Source of the DNA: Malacoraja senta
Lineage: Eukaryota
NCBI GenBank assembly: GCA_038087875.1
Contig: JAXLNO010004436.1
Span: 186,001-250,000, forward strand
Direction: 5' to 3'
Length of the DNA stretch: 64,000 nucleotides
Shown here one piece after another: positions 22,262 to 34,523 of the stretch. The position numbers were made by a program, and so were the translations under genes. Position 1 is the first letter of the stretch. Each line of letters starts with the position of its first letter. The notes under the pieces were generated by a model that searched no databases, was not told the origin of the DNA, and worked only from the letters and a program-made list of their open reading frames with translations.

Positions 22262-23892
22262 ATGAAGCCCAGCAAACTGAAGATCCATTTGGCGGGGAAG
22301 AGCGTGGACTCTTTCAAACGAAAAGAAGCCGTACTCAAGGGTTCCCGCATGTATTCAACGGGTCACTGCGCTCATCAAAATGAAGCAGCGTTGGAGGCTT
22401 CATACCGGATTGCTTATCGAATCGCACAGACTAAGAAACCTCACAGCATCGGTGAAGAGCTTATCAAGCCATGCCTTCTCGAAGCAGCAAAGTTGGTGCT
22501 GGGGGAACAGCAGTCAAACAAGTTCAGGCAGATTTCCCTTTTGAATGACACAGTCAAAAGTTGAATCTCGGATATGAGTAATGATATTCTGCTGCAAGTA
22601 GTGAGGGCTGTGACGAGCAGTCCAGTGTATTCACTGCAACTGGGCGAGTCAACAGATGTTGCCTCATGTTCCCAACTGCTAGTCTACGTTTGTTACCTCA
22701 ATGGAAAAGCCATGACGGAGGAGGAGGAGTACCTGTTCTCAGAGCCATTGGCTACTACCACTCGGGGAGAAGATGTGTTCAGAATGCTGGAAGCCTTCCT
22801 CATCAAACATGAGCTAGGCTGGGAATGCCTTGTCGGGATGTGTACAGTTGGGGCACCTTCCATGGTCGGTTGCAGATCCGGTTTCCAAGCCTTCGTGAAG
22901 GATGTCGCTCCCCATGTCTCCTTCACCCACTGCATGATACATCGCCATGCTTTAGCGATGAAGACTCTCCCTCTTGGTCTTCGAGAAGTGCTTTCAGATG
23001 TGGTGAAGATTGTGAACCACATCCGAGAGAGTGCAACAAACTCAAGAATCTTCAAAGCGATGTGTGAAGAAATGGGCGCCGATTTCACTATTCTGTTATT
23101 CCACACAGAAGTGCGCTGGCTTTTGCGTGGTAAAGTTCTCAATCATGTGATTCAACGTTGAGAGGAAATAGCGTTGTTCTTGGAGAGAAGGGGTACTGAG
23201 AAGGAGAATCAGCTTCATGAAAAGATGCAGGTTGAACTGTTCGTGATGAAGGTTGCTTACTTGGCTGACTTCTTCACCGAGGTGAATTCCTTGAACCTGT
23301 CACTTCAAGGAAACCTTCCAATGGCAAAGTGGCAGCATTCAGGAGGAACCTTTACCAGAGAAGAGTCCAGGACGGTGACTCGACTATCTTCCCTGAGATG
23401 ATGACTCTCCTGGATGCTATGCCTGATGCTGAATGCCACTTCCATGAGGAGATCTCAACCCACCTTCTGGCAATTAGTGAAGCCATCGAACGTTACTTCC
23501 CCAGACTGGACGACCGCTCTCGTGATCAGTGGATCATCCGACCCTTTTCCGTTGAAGACGGTGGCATCAGTGATACTGATGTAACTGCGAAGGTTGAATT
23601 TTACCGAATTTGTGAAGATGCGCAACTCAAGAGTGACTTCATGGAACAAGAGCTCGCCACGTTTTGGCTGAAAGTGAAGGACTGTCCTGCTCTTTCTAAG
23701 AGGGCCCTGACCCCATTGGTCCAGTCCCCCTCAACCTCTCACTGTGAGGGTGGATTCTCAACTATGGTAACTCTGAAAACGAAGGTACGCAATCGGCTTG
23801 TGATCGACACTGACATGAGGTGCTGCATGTCGAGCATTCGTGCTCGTTTTGATTGCTTGATGACTGCGAAGCAATTTCAGCCATCCCATTGA
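22262..23892 (+). pseudogene. Buster-type hAT transposase (ZBED5/ZBED8-like), broken by stops and frameshifts
   Basis: MKPSKLK.HL, KPHSIGEELIKP, LQLxESTD, HCMIHRHAL, HTEVRWL.RGKVL, and a C-terminal CE.GFS.M...KTK.RNRL dimerisation motif. Confidence 0.9.
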
Positions 23893-24920
23893 CTGAGCAA
23901 TGGCTGACATGTTTTAATAAATCGGGCTGTTTTTTTTCAAATTTTGTTTCAGAGGTCACGGTACTGATCAAGAATGCCTGATGGGGTCGTGGGGCCAAAT
24001 AGGTTAAGAACCACTGCTCTAAAGCTTAAAACTAAAGGGACTAATAAAGGCCACAAAGTGGCTTTAGTAAGTCAGATTACAGAAAATCCCACATCTTTTT
24101 CAAGGTTTCATGGTTAGTTTATTGTCACATATACCAATTAAGGTACATTGAAATGCAGACTACCATACACCATACAAAAAAAAAGCAACAAGACACACAA
24201 TAACGTAAAAGTTAACATAAACATCCACAACAGAGGAGCCCGCACGTTCCTCACTGTGATAGAAGGCAATAAAGTCTAATCTCCTTCCTCTTTATCTCCC
24301 GCGGTCTGGGCAGTCAAATAATCTGCAGTCGGTGGTCGAAACCCCCGTTGGGGAATCGAAACTCCCACATCGGAGCGGTCGGAGCGGTCGAAACTCCTGC
24401 GGCTTGGAGATCCCGGATGTCGGTCTCGACCGAGGACCGCAGGCTCCGCGATGTTAAAGTCTTGCAGGCTCTCACAGTTGGAGCTCTAAAGTCGATCCCT
24501 GACAAGGATTGCGAGCTCCATGATGGTAAGTCCACAGGCTCCTGCGATGGATCTCCCGGTCGATCTCTAGCAAAGGCCGCCATTCCTCAATGTTAGGCCG
24601 CATTGTGGACGGAGATACGATACAGAAAATATCGCATCAACGTCGAGGTAAGAGATTAGGAAAAGTTTCCCACAGCTCCCCCACCCCCCCCCCCGCCCAA
24701 AAAACAAGCTTAAGAACACTGAAGAATATACATTTAACACGTACAAAATGGACACAAAGAAGGAAGGGACAGACATACTGTTGGCGAGGCAACCATTGCA
24801 GCAAAAGGTGGATTGCTTAAGGATATAGAAGGGAATATGTGCTTGGTTTGTGGATATAGGCGAGGTTTGGTTTCACCAAGGAAGACATGTAGAATAGTAA
24901 GGACCATTAATAGTAAGTAC

Positions 24921-25675
24921 ATCATAAAATCCTCCAACATTTCTGCCACCTCCAATGGGATCCCACTACTGGTCACATCTTCCCATCTCCACCCCTTTCT
25001 GCTTTCCGCAGAGACCTTTCCCTCCGAAACTCCCTGGTCAACTCGTCCCTTCACACCCAAACCACCCGCTCCCCGGATACTTTCCCCTGCAACCGCAGGA
25101 GATGCAACACCTGTCCCTTTACGTCCCCCCTCGACTCCATCCAAGGACCTAAAGTCTTTCCAGGTGAGGCAGAAGTTCACTTGCACCTCTTCCAACCTCA
25201 TGTACTGTATCCGCTGTTTCAGTTGTCAACTTCTCTACATCAGTGAGACCAAGCGCAGGCGCGGCGATCGTTTTGCTGAACACTTCCGCTCAGTCCGTCT
25301 TACCCTACCCGATCTCCCGGTGGCTCAGCACTTCAACTCCCCCTCCCATTCCCAATCTGACCTTTCTGTCCTGGGCCTCCTCCATTGTCAGAGTGAGGCC
25401 CAGCCCAAATTGGAGGAACAGCACCTCATATTTCGCTTGGATAGTCTATACTCCAGCGGTATGAGCATTGACTTCTAATACTTTCGATAGCCCTTGATTT
25501 CTCTCTCCATCCCCTCCCCCTTCCCAATTCTGCCACCAGTCTTACTGTCTCCGCCGACATTCTATCTTTGTCCCTCCCCTGACATCAGTCTGAAGAAGCT
25601 GCCTGACCCGCTGAGTTACGCCAGCATTTTGTGTCTCTCTTCGATTTTAACATCTGCAGCATCTGCAGTTCTTTC
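24921..25675 (+). mobile_element. Penelope-like element 3' portion (GIY-YIG) with pLTR
   Basis: ORF 24813-25478 includes FTCTSSNLMYCIRC..CQLLYISETKRR.GDRFAEH...KLEEQHLIFRL, followed by cagtctgaagaag...gctgagttac repeat. Confidence 0.88.
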
Positions 25676-25879
25676 TTACACATGGAGAATCAATGTGAAG
25701 AATGCTAACATGCAGGGACACTTTGAAGTTAAGCAAGAAGGAGATGTTGGATCACTTGAAGAGAAATGTGGATAAATCCCCAGGACAGAGGGGTGTAGTG
25801 GATGATAATAATAATCGTTGAAAACATTAGTGCCGTGCTGGTTTCCGATGGGCACGGTGACGGACGCACCACACATCTC

Positions 25880-26215
25880 TGTCCTCCATGCAGCTGGCAG
25901 GCGCCTCGTTTATCTCTACACATGCGTTTCCATCAACGTCTTCACCATCGTCTTGATTGGCCATCCTGGGTCAAGTCTTCCATGGGTGGGTTCCCACAGC
26001 ACAACCTTGTTTGCTGGCATTTCTGGGTGGCGGAGCCAGAGACCTGCGAGCCTCATCCTTCTCAACGTGATCTTCTCGGTCAGAGGTGGATTCTCCCCAT
26101 AGAGCTGGGCGTTGGTGATGTGGTCCCTCCATCTGCATTTTGAACTTTTCCGAGCATTCGGGTGTAGGTACCATCGAGAGTCTAGGACAGTGCTGGAGTG
26201 AGAGTCCATGCCTCA
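25880..26215 (-). mobile_element. RTE-like LINE 3' fragment
   Basis: RRMRLAG...RHPEMPANKVVLWEPTHGR...GWP.KT resembles RTE-clade C-termini. Confidence 0.6.
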
Positions 26216-26415
26216 CACCCATACAATAATATGGTCTCTACAGTTGCACGGAAAGACAAATATTCAGGCTGTAGTTCAGTGACAAGTAGAGTTCTGCAGG
26301 GATCTGTGCTGTGACCCTTGCTAGTTGTGACATATATAAATGACTTGGACCCTGGTGTTCAGAAATTACCCAGTCATAACAATTAATCAAATAATGATTT
26401 TTATTTTTATTTCAG

Positions 26416-26691
26416 ATTATCACGACGTTCAAGGACAGTTTGGTTGTGAGGTGAACGATCACAGTCCCACTGTAGGGATATTGAAGTTGGCTTTTGATGG
26501 AAGTTATGCATTTAGTTTTGATAAGGACAAATTAAAGTGGACGGTGCATGATCCAATAGCTGAGACCTTCAAAGAGAAATGGGACAAGAATGAAAAAATG
26601 AACCGTTATTTCAAGAGCTTGTTAGAACATGACTGTGTGGATCTATGGCTTACATACTATGCAATTGGAAAGACATTCCTGACCAGAAAAG
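26416..26691 (+). CDS. MHC class I alpha2 domain exon, phase 1/1
   Basis: Acceptor ttttatttcag at 26415 and donor gtgagt at 26692; 276 nt, the usual alpha2 exon size. Translates NYHDVQGQFGCEV...AFDGSYAFSFDKDKLKW...KEKWD...LLEHDCVDLWLTYYAIGKTFLTRK, keeping the C101-C164 pair. In frame with the alpha1 exon (A+AT = Asn). Confidence 0.94.
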
Positions 26692-27332
26692 GTGAGTTCA
26701 GAACAAAGGATGTTGTTTTGCAATGGTAGGCAATGAGTAATATTATCTCTGACCCAATCATGACAGAGGGAAAGGTCATTCGGCCCATTGATTCTATGCT
26801 AGTTTTCTACGCAATGTCGACAAACTGTTCCACAGCTCTCTCTCACAACTTGCACTCAGCTCCCTTGGATTCTCCTTGCATTCAGCTCCACGACGGATAA
26901 TTTGCAATGTCCAACTAACTCACTGGCACGTCTTTGGTATATTGGACAAAACTGGAGCACATGGAGGAAGCCAACTGAGTCATAAGGTCATAAGTGATGG
27001 CTGCAGCATTAGAACATTCGGCCCATCAAGTCGACTTCGCCAGTCAATCATGGCTGATCTATCTCTCCCTCCTAACCCCATTCTCCTGCCTTCTCCCAAT
27101 AACCCCTGACCTGCATACTAATCAAGAATTAAAAATATCCATTGACGGACTCCACAGCCTTCTGTGGCAAATAATTCCACAGAATCACCATCCTCTGACA
27201 AAATAAATTCCTCCTCATCTCTTTCCTAAAGGAATGTCCTTTAATATTGAGACTATGACCTCTCGTCGTAGACTCTCCCACCATTGGAGACATCCTCTCC
27301 ACATCCACATCTATCCAAGCCTTTCACTATTT

Positions 27333-28714
27333 GTTTTAAAAAATATATATATTTTTATTAGAAGCATGTGCATATCATAATACAAACATTTCTTATATAT
27401 CAATCCTACTTTGCTAATAGGTGGGAATCCAGCTATCAAAATAATAGTGGTCCTCCTTTATCAATTGTATATTAAATCTGCTTCTATTTAGTTTTGTTTT
27501 ATAGATAGAAAGTGAGAAATTTAAAAAAAGGCATGATAAAGAAGAATGGAATAATTTACCAATAATACAACTTTGGAGATAGGTCCGTAAGTTATAAAGC
27601 ATAACTATTCATCTAATCCTGAGCTTGGATTTCAGTCAGATTCCCATGCTGAACCAATTTACCCTTTCAAAAAATCAATAAATAGAGACCTTATTCTATT
27701 AAATAATTCAAGTTTGTCAATTAAGACAAGTCTAGTTCTTTCCAAATGTAAGGTCTCTGACATTTCCATAATCCACATTTTGATTGTGGGGGTTATAGGA
27801 CCTTTCCAAAATTTTAATATTAATTTTTTCCCAATTATTATACTATAATCAAGAAAGTTTCTTTGGTTTATTGTAAGTCTTAGGCTTTGTTCTGACATTC
27901 CTAATATTATTAGTTTTTAGTCGGGATCCAATTGGGTATTGACTACTTCAGAAATTATTCTGAAAATGTCCTTCCAGAAATTTTTGATTTTTATACAATT
28001 TACAAAGGTATGAGTTAAGTTAGCCTCTAAATGCTGGCATTTATCACAAATAGGAGAGATATGTGGGAAGATTCTATTTAATTTTGTTTAAGAATAATGT
28101 AATCTATGTAATACTTTAAATTGTATTAAGGCATGTCTGGCATTTAACGAGCATTGATGTATATATTGTAGACTTTCGTCCCAAATATCTTTCGTTATGG
28201 GTTGGCCTAATTCATTTTCCCATGTGTGTCTATATAAATCCGTCGGCGAGACCTCACTATCTAAGAGGGTATTATAAATATGAGATATTAAATTTTCTGT
28301 ATTAGGATGTTTATTCAAACATTCATCAAGGATTTCTGGTTCCCTAGTTCTGTAATCTTGTGTATTTGATTTAATGTAATCTTTAAGTTGTAAATATCTG
28401 AAAAAGTTATTTGAGTGTAGTCCGTAAATCTGTTGTAACTCCTGAAATGAAAGAAAAGTGCCTTTCCTATAAAGATGACCAATCTTTTTAATTCCATAAT
28501 TTTTCCATTGTGTAAAGCCTTTATCCAACATGGAGGGTTTGAATAAAGGGTTGTTTATAATGGGGAGAGAGTGATAAATTATCCAATTTTAAAGTCTTTT
28601 TTAATTGTTTCCAAATTCGTATACCACTATATATTATAGGATTTTCACTATAGGTTTTTTAATGCAATTTTGTGGGAGAAAACATAATCAAACCAATTTC
28701 AAAAGGCAAACAGA
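27333..28714 (-). mobile_element. L1/Tx1-clade LINE 3' fragment inserted in a CR1 3' end
   Basis: ORFs 28088-28531 and 27659-27898 are homologous to the ORF2 C-terminus at 55398. TSD ctttcactattt at 27321-27332 and 28715-28726. Confidence 0.85.
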
Positions 28715-29277
28715 CTTTCACTATTTTGTATGATTCAATGAGGTCCCCCCTTTATTCTTCTAAACTCCAGCAAGTACAGGCCCACTGCCATCAAATGGTC
28801 ATCATATGTTAACCCATTCATTCCTGGGATCATTCTTGTACACCTCCTCTGGACCCTCTCTAGAGCCAGCACATCCTTCCTCAGATATGGTGCCCAAAAT
28901 TGCTCACAATGCTCCAAATGTGGTTTGACTGGCGCCTTATAGAACCTCAGCATTACATCCCTGTTTGACAGGGAGAAAGTGTAATTGATGTATTTCATAG
29001 TAGTTAACCATGGATTTTATTGACCACAGTTGACAGCCCCTAATGGGATTGCTATCACACATTTCAAAAGAGCACAGCGTTAAGCTTCGAAGGGCAAAAT
29101 TTACACGAGATGTGCAGGTCAAGTGTTTTTTTCACAGAGAGAGCTTGATACCTAGAATGCGCTACCAGGAGTGGTGGTAGAGGAGGACATGATAATGGTG
29201 CTTAAGAAGGTTTTGGACAGGCTCGTGGGTATGCAGGGAATACAAGGATATGGATCACATGCAGGCAGTGGAGATTA

Positions 29278-29585
29278 GTTTTGGTTTAGTTTAGAGATAG
29301 AGTATGGAAACAGGAACTTTGGGCCACTGAGTCCACACGGACCAGCAATTGTCCATTCACTATTTCTGTCCTTCAAGCTAGGGACAATTTACAGAAGCAA
29401 ATTAACCTACAAACCTGCACGTCTTTTGTATTTGGGAGGAAACCGGAGCCCCCAGAGAAAACCCACAGGGTGACAGAGAGAACATACAAACTCCATCCAG
29501 ACAGCACTCTAGTCAGGATCGAACCCGGGTCTCTAATGCTGTAAGACAGCCACTCTATCACAGTGCCTCTGTGTTGCCTTAGTTT
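29278..29585 (-). mobile_element. HE1/V-SINE-like SINE
   Basis: Antisense core tttgggaggaaaccggag...cagacagca...gatcgaacccggg. Confidence 0.75.
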
Positions 29586-29589
29586 AACT

Positions 29590-30390
29590 TGGTATCCTGT
29601 TGCTCTTACTTCAACTGTTGCTCTTACTTCAACTGTGATGAAGTGTTTTGAGAGGCTGGTCCTGGCCCACATTAAATCCTCACTCCCATCCACCCTGGAT
29701 CAGCATCAGTTTGCATACAGAGCTAACAGGTCAACAGAGGACGCCATCAACATAGCTCTACATTCTGCACTGACTCACCTGGAGCGCCCCAGCTCATATG
29801 TGAGGATGTTGTTTGTAGATTTTAGTTCTGCATTCAATACCATCATCCCCAGCAGAATGGTGGACAAACTGGGTGTAAATGCCAACACATGCAGATGGAT
29901 CAAGGACTTATTAACAGATCGCCCACAGACTGTCAGGATGGGGTCCAATCACTCCCCAGTCCTGCCGCTCAGCACAGGAGCGCCACAAGGTTGTGTGCTG
30001 AGTCCCATTCTCTAAACAATATACACCCATGACTGCACACCAACACAGAGCACAAACCGGATCATTAAGTTTGCAGATGACACGACTGTGGTGGGGCTGA
30101 TAAATAACAACGACGAGTCTGCCTACAGAGATGAAGTCCAAAAACTGACTGTCTGGTGCACTAACAATAACCTGGTACTCAACTCAACCAAAACAAAAGA
30201 ACTGGTTATTGACTTCAGGAGGAGGAGAGAGGAACCTGCTCCTCTCTAGATCAAAGGAGACATGGTGGAGAGAGTCACTGGCTTTAAGTTCCTGGGTACA
30301 TACATCTCCCAGGACCTCACATGGACAGTGAACACCATCACTCTTGTAAAGAAGTCACAGCAGCGGCTATATTTCCTGAGGTCTTGCTGG
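29590..30390 (+). mobile_element. Rex1/Babar-like LINE RT fragment
   Basis: PVALTSTVMKCFERLV, QFAYRANRSTEDAI, FVDFSSAFNT, GAPQGCVLSP, then KFADDTTVVGLI after a stop. Confidence 0.85.
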
Positions 30391-30989
30391 TAATATGAGA
30401 GTTAATGTGTTTTTGTACTTTTAAATCTTTTTATCCTGTCTCTGATCACCTTAAACTTTCTTTGGTTTAAAGAGATTCAGCATAATATACTGAGAAAGCA
30501 CCTTGACTGGTGGCGTAATTGTATTGTGTGGCAATTCCAACACAGGAGGCTGTAGAGGGTGGTGACCTCATCCCGATCTATCAGTGGAACAACACATCTC
30601 ACCATAGAAAGTATCTATATGAATCATCTCAAGTATGTGCCATCTGTCATCGTCCATGTCCACTTCTTACTGCTTCCGACAGGCTGAAGGCTCACACAAC
30701 CAGCTTCAAACCAGCTACTTTCCCACAACTTTCAGGTGTTTGAACCAATCTGCATAACCCTAATCCTGACTTGGCAACGGAACATTTCGGACCACTTCTT
30801 GCACCACCATTAATTCGTTTTTCTCATTGTGAACACTGATGTCCTGCTTTTCATATATTTTTTATTATTGTTCTTGCCTTTCACCTCTTGAGGAGGAAGT
30901 CAGAAATGTTCTCATAGAAGTTCAAGACACAGTTTTACTCCGTGCTGTTCATGATGTCAATGGCCAAACAAAATAACTTTTACTGAATA

Positions 30990-32176
30990 CTTTAATTTTT
31001 ATAAAAATAAGTGCAAAGTTTATTTCGTCTGATGAAGGGTCTGATGACTTGTTGCACACGGAACAGGAGTGCGTGTAGAATGAATGGGTGTGGCATTAGA
31101 TAAGGAGGACAGCAAAACTGGGAGGAGACGACTTCTCAATCAATGTTTGAAGCATTCATTCGTGCTAAATGTGACCAGGTAATATCAACAGCAATCTGTC
31201 TCCTGCAGATAATGTCAAAGCTTCTCGACATCAATTTAAAGAAAATAATTGCAAATCGCAGGTAATTCAACGCCGTCGCGAACTCGTTTATGTTATTATG
31301 TTTTAGAATCAAATAAACTGTTCGTGCCTGAGAAAACTACCTCGCGATAAAAGCAGATACAAGGAACCACAGATGCTGGTTGACAAAGAAAAAGACACGA
31401 AGTGCTGGAGTAACTCAGCGGGTCAGGCAGGCAGCATCTCTGGAGAACTTGGATAGGCGATGAATCTGGTCGGGACCCTTCTACAGACTGAGTGTGGCGT
31501 GGAGGGTTTTTTTTAGGGGTAGATATTAGTATCTTTGGTAGATATTGGTGCCCCTAGAAACGGTATATCCGACCAACCATCACCACAACCTCTCCAACCA
31601 CCACAATCAGTGTGAAGAAGGGACTCGACGACAAACTCCATCTTATCGATGTTCTCCAGAGATGCCGCCAGATAACTTTGAACTCTCGGACGTAAACTGT
31701 TCGATGGAGGGCTGATTCATAGAACTATTATTTCATGTGTTTCCGACAAATATATTTAAAGCACGGGGCAGATCATAGATTGACTTTCACGATGAATGGC
31801 GTAACGCGAAATCAATATCACAGGTTGATCAATAAATCCAATGACGGGCGGAGGATGCGTGCGGATGTTTTACCCGGGCTCTTCATGGGTTCAGGGACCA
31901 GAATATTAGATTATATTGACAATGGAACCAAGTGCAAAACTTGAGAGCTTCAGCAGAAATCATGTAACGCGACGGGTGACCATTTTCCAACAGAACACTG
32001 TACTTAACGCAGTGAAGAGACAATTACATACGAAACGTAACTAACTTCACACCAAAGATACTCCTCCAGTCCTTTGCCACAGTTTTACTCGCACTCTCGC
32101 ACTGTCATTTTGTAAAGTTAACGTGTGAAGTCACGGGCGGAAACTCTCGAGCTCTTAATTGTTTTTTTAGTTGTAG
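30990..32176 (+). promoter_or_regulatory. CpG-retaining region; possible internal promoter/first exon of the NXPE3-like unit
   Basis: Many CpGs in non-repeat sequence and GGGCGG boxes near 31846 and 32105. A short ATG-led segment 31143-31178 (MFEAFIRAKCDQ) ends in a phase-0 donor, CAG|gtaata. Confidence 0.4.
31209..31261 (+). CDS. Candidate 53-nt linker exon (phase 1 in, phase 0 out)
   Basis: Acceptor ctgtctcctgcag and donor CAG|gtaatt. G+AT AAT GTC...TCG CAG reads DNVKASRHQFKENNCKSQ with no stop and bridges the alpha2 exon to the TM exon in frame. Supported only by splice signals and phase; it could be a 5'UTR exon. Confidence 0.4.
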
Positions 32177-32308
32177 ATGTACACGGGAGTGTGGGGGAAC
32201 TCCAACATGGACAAACAAGCTACAAAAATAAACACTAATGTCGGACGATTCCTGATTGTGGCGTTGCTGGCACTGGCATTGATGTTTCTAAACTTGCGGC
32301 ATATAAAG
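32177..32308 (+). CDS. NXPE3-like: NXPE3-like N-terminal/transmembrane exon
   Basis: Acceptor gtttttttagttgtag immediately before ATG 32177 and donor AAG|gtgagt (phase 0). Encodes MYTGVWGNSNMDKQATKINTNVGRFLIVALLALALMFLNLRHIK, with one short hydrophobic segment. Joins 38972 in frame, as the signal-anchor exon of NXPE genes does. Confidence 0.8.
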
Positions 32309-32399
32309 GTGAGTAGAAAGATAAAACTAAAGGGCCCGTCCCACCAGCATGCGTCTGCACGCGTCTAGCGTGACCTAACGTGGTGACTTGAGGCGTACG

Positions 32400-32855
32400 G
32401 CCGCGCGGGGCCGGTCCCACTTCCAACCGCGGGGCCGTGTGGACTTGTGCGGGGCCGGTCCCACTACCAACCGCGGGGCCGTGTGGAGTTGTGCGGGGCC
32501 GGTCCCACTTCCAACCGCGGGGCCGTGTGGAGTTGTGCGGGGCCGTGTGGAGTTGTGCGGGGCCGGTCCCACTTCCAACCGCGGGGCCGTGTGGAGTTGT
32601 GCGGGGCCGTCCCACTTCCAACCGCGGGGTTGTGCGGGGCCGTGTGGAGTTGTGCGGGGCCGTGTGGAGTTGTGCGGGGCCGTGTGGAGTTGTGCGGGGC
32701 TGGTCCCACTTCCAACCGCGGGGTCGTGTGGAGTTGTGCGGGGCCGCGTGGAGTTGTGCGGGGCCGCGTGGAGTTGTGCGGGGCCGCGTGGAGTTGTGCG
32801 GGGCCGCGTGGAGTTGTGCAGTGCGGGGCCGCGTGGAGTTGTGCGGGGCCGGTCC
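32400..32855. repeat. GC-rich 20-bp minisatellite (gcggggccgtgtggagttgt) with ggtcccacttccaacc variants
   Basis: Directly visible; it accounts for the stacked spurious ORFs at 32235-33059. Confidence 0.9.
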
Positions 32856-32972
32856 GGTCCCGACATCAAACTCACCAATCAGCTGGGCAGGAGGCGGGCC
32901 GACTGAATCTGGACGTCGCACGGCGTCGGGCTGTGATGTCAAGACGCTGCGTTTGGCGTCAAGACGCTGCGT

Positions 32973-34520
32973 ACATAGAAACATAGACAATAGGTGCAGG
33001 AGTAGGCCATTCGGCCCTTCGAGCCTGCACCGCCATTCAATATGATCATGGCTGATCATCCAACTCAGTATCCTGTACCTGCCTTCTCTCCATACCCCCT
33101 GATCCCTTTAGCCACAAGGGCCACATCTAACTCCCTCTTGAATATAGCCAATGAACTGGCCTCAACTACATTCTGTGGCAGAGAGTTCCACAGATTCACC
33201 ACTCTCTGTGTAAAAAATGATTTCCTAAAAGATTTCCCCCTTATCCTTAACTGTGACCCCTTGTTCGGGACTTCCCCAACATCGGGGACAATCTTCCTAC
33301 ATCTAGCCTGTCCAACCCCTTAAGAATTTTATACGTTTCTATAAGATCCCCCCTCAATCTTCTAAATACTAGCGAGTACAAGCCGAGTCTATCCAGTCTT
33401 TCTTCATATGAAAGTCCTGACATCCCAGGAATCAGTCTGGTGAACCTTCTCTCTACTCCCTCTATGGCAAGAATGTCTTTCCTCAGATTAGGAGACCAAA
33501 ACTGTACACAATACTCCAGGTGTGCTCTCATCAAGGCCCTGTACAACTGCAGTAGAACCTCCCTGCTCCTACACTCAAATCCTTTTGCTATGATGCTAAC
33601 ATACCATTTGCTTTCTTCACTGCCTGCTGCACCTGCATGCCTACTTTCAATGACTGGTGTACCATGACACACAGGTGTCGTTGCATCTCCCCTTTTCCTA
33701 ATTGGCCACCATTTAGATAATAGTCTTCTTTCCTGTTTTTGCCACCAAAGTGGATAACCTCACATTTATCCACATTATACTGCATCTGCCATGCATTTGC
33801 CCACTCACCCAGCCCATCCAAGTCACCTTGCAGCCTCCTAGCATCCTCCTCACAGCTAACACTGCCCCCCAGCTTTGTGTCATCCGCAAACTTGGAGATG
33901 TTGCATTCAATTCCCTCATCCAAATCAATAATATATATTGTAAATAGCTGGGGTCCCAGCACTGAGCCTTGCGGTACCCCACTAGTAGAGCCTGCCATTC
34001 TGAAAAGGACCCGTTTACTCCTACTCTTTGCTTCCTGTCTGCCAGCCAGTTCTCTATCCACATAAATACTGAACCCCCAATACCGTGTGCTTTAAGTTTG
34101 TATACTAATCTCTTATGTGGGACCTTGTCGAAAGCCTTCTGAAAGTCCAGATATAACACATCCACTGGTTCTCCCTTATCCACTCTACCAGTTACATCCT
34201 CGAAAAATTCCATAAGATTCACCACTTTCCAAATGTGCTGCTATCCCATCTTTAATAACTGACTCTAGCAGTTTCCCCACTACCGATGTTAGACTAACTG
34301 GTCTGTAATTCCCCGCTTTCTCTCTCCGTCCCTTTTTAAAAAGGGGGGTTACATTAGCTACCCTCCAATTCTCAGGAACTACTGCAGAATCTAAAGAGTT
34401 TAGAAAAATTATCACTAATGCATCCACTATTTCTGGGGCTACTTCCTTAAGCACTCTGGGATGCAGCCTATCTGGCCCTGGGGATTTATCGGCCTTTAAT
34501 CCATTCAATTTACCTAACAC
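32973..34520 (-). mobile_element. CR1 5'-truncated copy nested in the MITE
   Basis: Broken RT ORFs 34185-34523, 33588-34061 and 33247-33672; tail at 32973. Confidence 0.92.
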
Positions 34521-34523
34521 CAC

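Larger units (their letters stand above)
19821..24016 (+). mobile_element. hAT (Buster/Charlie-like) DNA transposon, decayed, with internal cargo
   Basis: TIR cagtggttcttaacc / ggttaagaaccactg; 8-bp TSD ctccaaag / ctctaaag (NNNTANNN type). Inserted into a SINE tail. Confidence 0.92.

Noticed and set aside
30927-30986. Possible terminal exon EVQDTVLLRAVHDVNGQTK* after catag
   Set aside because: It is phase compatible with alpha2, but the polypyrimidine tract is weak and there is no recognisable homology, so it is not supportable without cDNA.
26692-32308. Direct alpha2-to-TM exon splice (EPCR-like alpha1-alpha2-TM)
   Set aside because: With either acceptor (32170 or 32176) the phase-1 frame stops after about 20 codons, before the hydrophobic segment; it needs the phase-shifting linker exon.
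32400-32855. Repeat array as CRISPR
   Set aside because: There are no unique spacers, the context is eukaryotic, and there are no cas genes.
32235-33059. Stack of long Pro/Thr/His/Ala- or Cys/Gly-rich ORFs
   Set aside because: These are reading-frame artefacts of the 20-bp minisatellite.
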